Shown: one piece after another, positions 7,859-13,367 of the stretch
How the letters are laid out: each line of letters starts with the position of its first letter
Position numbering within the stretch: position 1 is the stretch's first letter
From: a virus
Lineage: Duplodnaviria; Heunggongvirae; Uroviricota; Caudoviricetes
Strand: one strand, 5' to 3'
DNA length: 13,367 nucleotides
IMG/VR virus record: IMGVR_UViG_2713896773_000002
Coordinates: 1 to 13,367 of that record
Position numbers and translations under genes: made by a program
Notes under the pieces: generated by a model
Told to the model about the DNA's origin: nothing
Databases searched by the model: none
Seen by the model: only the letters and a program-made list of their open reading frames with translations

Positions 7859-8323
7859 TTAGAGAATTTGCCAGTCATCAGCCAAGACGTCGGTTTGGCT
7901 TGGTGCCCAAGGCACGCGAGCGCCATTTGGGTATGGCATAGCACCATTGCCCGGCACAGGATAAATTAAACGAATGTACGGCAGGTCCACAGATGGCGAC
8001 TGCTGGACCAGCTCAAGCCACAGGCCCTTGCCGTTCCAGCCTGCGCGGGTGACACGCTTGCCTGATTTCAGGGCTTCGACAGCCAGTCCGAAGCTAAGCC
8101 CCGCCACTGGTCGGTAGGCTTTGTCGAACACATCTTTCGGACTCCAGCTCACATACCCGTTGAAGCGATCGGTGTTTGGCTTTCCGCCATCCAGATACTC
8201 GACGAGATAACCTTCATCACTTCCGTTTTCGTCACTTGGTAACTCCCAACCACGAAAGTCGTTATATGCCAGACGGGTCATCGGGTAAGCATTGATGAGC
8301 TTCACGCCAATATGTTGAGTCAT
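7859..8323 (-). CDS. DUF2829-like (Tad2-like, anti-Thoeris sponge family) domain protein with N-terminal extension
   Basis: 154-aa ORF, ATG at 8323..8321. C-terminal half (…EALKSGKRVTRAGWNGKGLWLEL…VPWAPSQTDVLADDWQIL) matches the motifs I recall for DUF2829. This is a recollection, not a search result. Confidence 0.5.
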   Translation of the reverse strand: MTQHIGVKLINAYPMTRLAYNDFRGWELPSDENGSDEGYLVEYLDGGKPNTDRFNGYVSWSPKDVFDKAYRPVAGLSFGLAVEALKSGKRVTRAGWNGKGLWLELVQQSPSVDLPYIRLIYPVPGNGAMPYPNGARVPWAPSQTDVLADDWQIL

Positions 8324-8343
8324 TGTTTTATTACCTTATTCAG

Positions 8344-9447
8344 TTATTCAAATGCCGACGCATCCACGCGGCGCAATTCGTCCAGGGTAAGGAACTCCCC
8401 GGCATCATTGAACATCTCCGGCACGGTGATTTTGCCGTCACGCAGCATCTGCGCGCGAGTAACGCCCAGCACCTGCTCCTGCCGCGCGTAAGGCTGCCTC
8501 GCAAGCCATTCGGCATAGCTGGTATGCGCTGGCACCTGTCCGTCCATTGAAGCGCGCGTGGCGTTGCTCAGCTCGCCTGAGGATATTTGCATTTCCTCCC
8601 ACGATTTAGTGATCAGGATTTCGCAGGAGCGGCAGCAAAAGTGGATTTTGCCGGGGCCGCGCAGATACGGAATTGCATGGCCCAGCGGCTTTCCATCGAG
8701 CGAGTAGAGTTTGCGGTCGCGGATGATGCACCACTGGCTGGTGTGGGTGTCCAGAGTCGAAGACCACTGTTTGGCCTTCACGATATCGCTATTGGCTTGT
8801 GCAAACTCCTGGCGCGCCGTTGCTGCCATATGGTTCACCGCGGTGCGGGCAACAACAGCAAGGTCACGACGTGAGGCATTGATAACCCCGTCTTGGCGGT
8901 TAAGTTGCGGCGTGCCGGCGACGCGCTTCACGATCTGCTCGACGGTTTCACCCTGAAGAAATCCGGTACGCACCGCACTGGTGATTTTATCCAGCCGATC
9001 GGATTCAAGCTTTTGGCCCCACTCTTTCAGCAATCTCCCCTGAAAAGGTTGCGCCACCGCAGAGGTGTAGACCTGCTCTGGGGCAATGCTTTGCAGCGGG
9101 ACGTGTTTCAGCACCTGCCGGGGTATAAGGCTGCTGAACAGGTCCATCTGATACCCGGTCTCATAATCCGTGTAACGTGCCAGCTCACGCGCCAGGGAAG
9201 AATTAACCGGTTCATAGGCCTGCTGATTCAGGTCGCGCACGCCAGCCAGCAGCGAAGCTAGGCGGCGGGCGCTGTAGGTGTCGGCACGCTTGCCGTCCAG
9301 CAGCACCAGCAGTTTTGCAGCAAGGTCAGCATCCAGCCTGTTCAGCAACGACACCATGCGCCGGGCGACGCCAGTACCGTAGCGGTTCACATAAAGCCCG
9401 TGCGCTATGGTTTCGTCCTGAAGCCTGTCATTGACGGAACGGGCCAT
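8344..9447 (-). CDS. phage head morphogenesis protein (SPP1 gp7 / Mu F-like minor head protein)
   Basis: 367-aa ORF, ATG at 9447..9445 with RBS GAGGTG. Contains …LDGKPLGHAIPYLRGPGKIHFCCRSCE…, which I recognise as typical of MuF-family proteins. Confidence 0.75.
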   Translation of the reverse strand: MARSVNDRLQDETIAHGLYVNRYGTGVARRMVSLLNRLDADLAAKLLVLLDGKRADTYSARRLASLLAGVRDLNQQAYEPVNSSLARELARYTDYETGYQMDLFSSLIPRQVLKHVPLQSIAPEQVYTSAVAQPFQGRLLKEWGQKLESDRLDKITSAVRTGFLQGETVEQIVKRVAGTPQLNRQDGVINASRRDLAVVARTAVNHMAATARQEFAQANSDIVKAKQWSSTLDTHTSQWCIIRDRKLYSLDGKPLGHAIPYLRGPGKIHFCCRSCEILITKSWEEMQISSGELSNATRASMDGQVPAHTSYAEWLARQPYARQEQVLGVTRAQMLRDGKITVPEMFNDAGEFLTLDELRRVDASAFE

Positions 9448-9459
9448 ATCACACCTCGC

Positions 9460-9975
9460 CTATCGTTCTGGTATTAGCATCGTCACAGCGCGATATGCGG
9501 CGCTTGCTGGCATTCTTGAATAGCCGACACCTTTGCATCTTCCGCATTCTTTCTCAACAACTCTCCCCCACAGCTCTGTTTTTGATATATCAACCGCACG
9601 GCCTGTACCGTGGCAATCTCTGCACCTTGCTCCCGGCGTCGCGGCACTACGGCAATAATCCGCATAAGCGAATGTTGCGAGCACTTGCAGTACCTTTGCC
9701 TTAGTATTTCCTTCAAGCTTTGCCACACCACGGTATTTCCCCGATACCTTGTGTGCAAATTGCATCAGATAGTTGATAGCCTTTTGTTTGTCGTTCTGGC
9801 TGAGTTCATGCTTACCGCAGAATGCAGCCATTCCGAATCCGGCTTGTGATTGCGCCATCCCCATAGCAGCCATCACATCAGTACCGGAAAGAGAGTCAGA
9901 AGCCGTAGCCCGTGGTGAGTCGCTCATCATCGGGCTTTTTGGCGAATGAAATTTAGCTACGCTTTCGAGTCTCAT
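9460..9975 (-). CDS. Q: antitermination protein Q (lambda Q-like), apparently truncated at the 3' end
   Basis: 171-aa ORF that reads like lambda Q over its first ~169 residues, including the zinc-finger region CRDCHGTGR…CGRCKG. It ends …TMLIPER-TAG where I recall lambda Q continuing for ~40 more residues. Start overlaps the ninH stop (ATGA). Confidence 0.7.
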   Translation of the reverse strand: MRLESVAKFHSPKSPMMSDSPRATASDSLSGTDVMAAMGMAQSQAGFGMAAFCGKHELSQNDKQKAINYLMQFAHKVSGKYRGVAKLEGNTKAKVLQVLATFAYADYCRSAATPGARCRDCHGTGRAVDISKTELWGRVVEKECGRCKGVGYSRMPASAAYRAVTMLIPER

Positions 9976-10160
9976 CGTCTTCCCCTCTTGCCCTGTTTGA
10001 CCATCAGGACGCCGTTAACTATTACATGACGCTCGCCTTTGCTGTCTCGGTTGTACTTGAGCACTGTTCCTCTTGCGCAGGAAAGCACCCTTGCCACTTC
10101 GGTCTGATTGCCTCGTGTCTGGATAAGAAGCTCTGGTATCGTTTGAATTGTGGCGTTCAT
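9972..10160 (-). CDS. ninH: NinH-like small DNA-binding protein
   Basis: 62-aa ORF with a …GNQTEVAR…SRGTV…KY…IVN.VLMV… pattern resembling lambda NinH; lies immediately upstream of Q, with start overlapping the rusA stop. Confidence 0.7.
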   Translation of the reverse strand: MNATIQTIPELLIQTRGNQTEVARVLSCARGTVLKYNRDSKGERHVIVNGVLMVKQGKRGRR

Positions 10161-10522
10161 ACGTTCTCCAGTTCGGTGATTTTTATTCCAAGCCTTCCGC
10201 CTGGTACTTTCACACCACGAATTACGCGAATGTCATCGAATTGCTCGTCGTCTTCCGCAAATCCGGCGTGGATAAGGGAGTCGAGTAAACCTTTCAGGAT
10301 GTTATCGAGGTCGCGGCGGCGGGAGTCTGGAACGTCTGCGATGACTTTGATGCGGAGTCGTGATTTGGTGAAAATATCTAACTTGAGTTGGTGGATGATT
10401 TGCTGAACGTCTTTTCGGTATTTCTGGCCTTTATCGCTGATGTAGTATTGGCTTCCCCGTCTTCGCCAGTAGGTATTCACCGACGGCGGGTATGGAAGCA
10501 CAAACTGATATTCGTTCACCAT
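10157..10522 (-). CDS. rusA: Holliday junction resolvase RusA
   Basis: 121-aa ORF; …[13 protein letters not shown]… and …[32 protein letters not shown]… match the RusA family pattern as I recall it. Confidence 0.8.
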   Translation of the reverse strand: MVNEYQFVLPYPPSVNTYWRRRGSQYYISDKGQKYRKDVQQIIHQLKLDIFTKSRLRIKVIADVPDSRRRDLDNILKGLLDSLIHAGFAEDDEQFDDIRVIRGVKVPGGRLGIKITELENV

Positions 10523-10592
10523 CGATTCCAGTAAGGTTGATTTGGTCGGAAGCGGTTATCTTCTTTGCATTCACCGCACCGATAACATCGCA

Positions 10593-10928
10593 TCATACTT
10601 CCCGATCTCCCCATCTCGCTTTCCACTCCAGAGCCAGTCTCGCTTCGTCTGACCACTTAACGCCACGCTCTGTACCGAATGCCTGTATAAGCTCTAATAG
10701 CTCCGCAAATTCGCTTACACGCATCCTGCTGGTTGACTGTCCTATTACCACAAAGCCATTCCCGGCAAGGTTAGGAACAACGTCCTGCTGCTTTAATGCT
10801 GCGGTAAACACACACTTCCAGCTTTCTGCATCCAGCCAGCGACCATGCCATTCAACCTGACGAGAGACGTCACCTAAGCAGGCCCATATCGTCTGCCACG
10901 CGCAGCAGGTGCATTTGATGCTGTGCAA
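10593..10928 (-). pseudogene. ninB: ninB (orf) homolog lacking its 5' end; only TTG start available
   Basis: From [27 protein letters not shown]… onward it is near-identical to lambda NinB as I recall it, but the ~45-50 N-terminal residues are absent. An in-frame TGA lies at 10943..10941, the only start is TTG at 10928, and the 5' end overlaps the helicase 3' end by 55 nt. Confidence 0.55.
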
Positions 10929-12241
10929 ATCTGTCTGGCTTCATCCTGGTCACATGCAACAAAGTGTCCGTTACAGAACCGCTGGTAAACCGTACCAAGC
11001 GAGCCAAAACGGTTTTTCGTCACAATGATTTCAGCAAATGGCGCGGCGCTACTGTTCTCGTCATATACAGCTTCCCGATAGAGCATGATGATTGAGTCTG
11101 CGTCCTGTTCAATGCTTCCTGAATCACGCAAATCTGCGTTTGTCGGGCGTTTGTTTGGTCGCTTCTCAACATCGCGCGAAAGCTGACTCAGGGAGATAAC
11201 AGGCGTTTTCAGGTCTTTCGCCATCGCCTTCAGGCTTCCTGAGATATGAGCAATTGCGAGGTCGTTGCGGTCTGCTTTCGGCTTCTCAATCAGGCCAAGA
11301 TAATCCGCCATGATGAGTGACAGGTTTGGATTTTCCTGTTTGTGCCGTTCTGCGATTGAGCGTATTTCTTCGACCGATAACCGCGAGGCATCGACTACCC
11401 ATACATCCAAATCTGCAAGCTGACTCATGCCGTTAGCAACGCGCGCCCAGCCCTCGTCATCCATCGATGCAGGATTTCGCAGCACGCTAACCGACATCCT
11501 CCCGGCGTTGGCAATGCTTCGCTCTGCAATCTGCAATGCGCTCATTTCCATTGAGAAAATCAATACTCCGCGCCGGACGTCAGAACCAGGAATAACGCGG
11601 CTTGCAACGCCTTCGGCAATCTTCAGCGCCAGTTCGGTTTTCCCCATACCAGGACGAGCAGCGATTATCACCAGGTCTTCCGCGTTCATCCCTCCGGTGA
11701 TGGCATCAAGTTCTTCGATTCCGGTCTTCAGGGTATCTGACTCTTCTCCGTTCCTCAGACGCCTGTCAAGCGTGTCAGTGTAGTCAGTAATGATTTCCCC
11801 TAACCGTACAGGTTTAACCTCGTCACGGGGCTTTCTGATGGCTGAGAGACGCTTTACAAGCTCGTCCATCGCCTGACTCGATGTATCGATGGTTCCGCTC
11901 TGAATTGGTTCACGCATTTCATCCATGATTTCCAGCACCAGACGGCGGTGATAGTTATCCGCGACCATTCCGGCATATCCCTTCAGGTTTGCGGCACTCG
12001 GGCAGTTCTTACTGGTCATCAGGATTGACGTGAAATGCTCCTCTCCGCACGCCTCGGCAACCATCAGCGCGTCGATTAGGTTTCTGTTTCTCGCCTGCTT
12101 GCGGATAACCTCGAAGGCTTTCCGGTAGAGCGGAATTGAAAACGCTTCCGGCTCCAGCGTTGCCAGAACGTCACTGGCAGTTGGTGTTAATCCACCAATC
12201 AGCAGGCCACCGATAACGCTCGCTTCGATATCCTGTCTCAT
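10874..12241 (-). CDS. replicative DNA helicase (DnaB family; phage P-gene functional analogue)
   Basis: 455-aa ORF with Walker A (…[13 protein letters not shown]…) and typical DnaB-like C-terminal features; start overlaps the stop of the O-like gene (ATGA). Confidence 0.85.
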   Translation of the reverse strand: MRQDIEASVIGGLLIGGLTPTASDVLATLEPEAFSIPLYRKAFEVIRKQARNRNLIDALMVAEACGEEHFTSILMTSKNCPSAANLKGYAGMVADNYHRRLVLEIMDEMREPIQSGTIDTSSQAMDELVKRLSAIRKPRDEVKPVRLGEIITDYTDTLDRRLRNGEESDTLKTGIEELDAITGGMNAEDLVIIAARPGMGKTELALKIAEGVASRVIPGSDVRRGVLIFSMEMSALQIAERSIANAGRMSVSVLRNPASMDDEGWARVANGMSQLADLDVWVVDASRLSVEEIRSIAERHKQENPNLSLIMADYLGLIEKPKADRNDLAIAHISGSLKAMAKDLKTPVISLSQLSRDVEKRPNKRPTNADLRDSGSIEQDADSIIMLYREAVYDENSSAAPFAEIIVTKNRFGSLGTVYQRFCNGHFVACDQDEARQICTASNAPAARGRRYGPA

Positions 12242-13185
12242 GCTATCCCCCTGTCTGCAAACTTCCCTTCCCGTACTCCCGTTAACGAATCTTCCCTCAG
12301 CAGGTAATCAAAATCTGCCGTCCAGCCAGTGTCGTTGTCTCCGAAGTAAAACGGCTTGGCCTGATGTACAAACGCCCTGACATACGCTCTGAAACCGTCC
12401 ACGTTTGGCGTTTTCAGTTGCGGGATGATTTTCTTCAGGCGGCGTTTGCGTTTCTCGTTGACCGCAACAGCGTGTGGCAGTCTGTCACCGACTTCGGTGT
12501 TGTAGGCGTTCAGGAAGGATTCGTAGTCGATTCGTTCTGCCTTGCGACGTTCATGTTTAACCTGCCCATCGCCTCCCCCATTGGGGGGTAGGGGGGTATT
12601 ATTTATATTCTTGTTAATACCTTCTTGTTCATGATGTGCGGTTGTTTGTGCGGCTTCATGTGCGCTTTCATGTGCGGAATGTACGCTGAAAGCCGCGCCA
12701 TTACTGACTTCATCATGTGCGGCATCATGTGCGGTTGTTTGTGCGGCTTCATGTGCGGGTGAATTGTCCATTTTTTGAGCATATTCATGGTAATTTGTGA
12801 TGGTGATCACACGACCTTTTTGCTTCTCTCCATCAATGGTGATCATCCCCTCTTTCACAAAAACCTGAAGCATCCGCTCAACCTGATCACGGCTTGCCGG
12901 CTTGCCATGCCTGTCGCATAACTGAAGACCTAAATCAGCTGCTGTCACAACCAGTTGACCGGGTTGCAGATGCCATTCATGACCTTTGAAATTCGCTTTG
13001 TATGGCTTTCTGGCGGCATTCAGGAGAAGGTTTTCCCACAGGGTGCGAAGATAAACATCTTTCGCCCATGACTGTTTCAGAATGCTCCGGTACAACGGAA
13101 TGTAACCAGTTTTCTGGTTCTCCATCCTGTTGCTCCTGCGCTCGTGTGCGGCGCTGAAATCGTAGATTTTTGCTGTATTGCTCAT
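12238..13185 (-). CDS. replication initiation protein (lambda O-like) containing an internal iteron array
   Basis: 315-aa ORF, ATG at 13185..13183; N-terminus [10 protein letters not shown]… resembles lambda O (MTNTAKILNF…). The central linker is encoded by the repeated DNA iterons and it sits immediately upstream of the helicase. Confidence 0.7.
   Translation of the reverse strand: MSNTAKIYDFSAAHERRSNRMENQKTGYIPLYRSILKQSWAKDVYLRTLWENLLLNAARKPYKANFKGHEWHLQPGQLVVTAADLGLQLCDRHGKPASRDQVERMLQVFVKEGMITIDGEKQKGRVITITNYHEYAQKMDNSPAHEAAQTTAHDAAHDEVSNGAAFSVHSAHESAHEAAQTTAHHEQEGINKNINNTPLPPNGGGDGQVKHERRKAERIDYESFLNAYNTEVGDRLPHAVAVNEKRKRRLKKIIPQLKTPNVDGFRAYVRAFVHQAKPFYFGDNDTGWTADFDYLLREDSLTGVREGKFADRGIA
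12634..12758. repeat. putative replication origin iterons: two clusters of four 8-mers (cATGTGCGG / tTGTGCGG) on a 12-bp period
   Basis: Copies start at 12634, 12646, 12658, 12670 and at 12715, 12727, 12739, 12751. An exact 31-nt direct repeat occurs at 12634..12664 and 12727..12757. AT-rich DNA flanks both sides (12598..12629 and 12761..12800) and a G/C inverted repeat CCCCCA-T-TGGGGG sits at 12575..12587. Confidence 0.6.
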
Positions 13186-13367
13186 AACTACCTGCCTTGA
13201 CGAAAGACCTTAAGAACATCGTTAAACTGACTTACGGATATGTCTTCTTTGAGCAGCTTTTCCAGAAATGCGTTTGGAATGAACGTATATCCCTCCTCTT
13301 TTGGTATCCTACTGGCATGTTCGATTATTACTACAACCAGTGGCTGGAGTCAGATAACAAAACCCCA

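Noticed and set aside
9483-9849. ORFs 9483..9758 (-), 9495..9704 (+) and 9610..9849 (+)
   Set aside because: Overlap the Q-like gene in other frames or on the opposite strand; the Q frame has clear homology-like features.
10928-11100. Possibility that the missing NinB N-terminus is encoded in another frame upstream (simple frameshift)
   Set aside because: All three minus-strand frames upstream of 10928 were translated; none gives a NinB-like N-terminus (one is the helicase C-terminus, the others contain multiple stops), so a junction or deletion is more likely than a single-base frameshift.
12603-12788. 61-aa ORF with repeated HMKPHKQPH motifs; also considered as a CRISPR-like repeat array
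   Set aside because: It is the iteron DNA repeat read in a wrong frame inside the O-like gene. The repeats are 8-mers on a 12-bp period with no spacers of CRISPR length, so this is not a CRISPR array.
12977-13219. 80-aa minus-strand ORF spanning the O-like gene start
   Set aside because: Alternative frame over the 5' end of the O-like gene; no RBS.

Overview
The window is a single-orientation (all genes on the minus strand) segment of a lambdoid prophage, probably enterobacterial. Read right to left in the direction of transcription it contains: a replication module (lambda O-like initiator with an iteron-type origin inside the gene, then a DnaB-family helicase); a nin region (5'-truncated ninB remnant, rusA, ninH); a lambda-Q-like antiterminator that appears 3'-truncated; then, only 12 nt later, a head module (MuF/SPP1 gp7-like minor head protein, a DUF2829/Tad2-like gene plus a small basic ORF, scaffold, major capsid); head-tail connector genes; a tail terminator; a major tail protein with a C-terminal Ig-like domain; a KilA-N 'moron' with its own terminator; tail assembly chaperones G/GT with a -1 frameshift site; and the N-terminal ~250 codons of the tape measure protein running off the left edge. 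No lysis, terminase or portal genes lie between Q and the head genes, so in this window the element looks like a deleted or rearranged (possibly defective) prophage. The most interesting candidates are the two-gene cargo between MuF and scaffold (a possible anti-Thoeris sponge) and the Q/head junction. All family assignments are from reading the translations and recalled family signatures; no database search was run.
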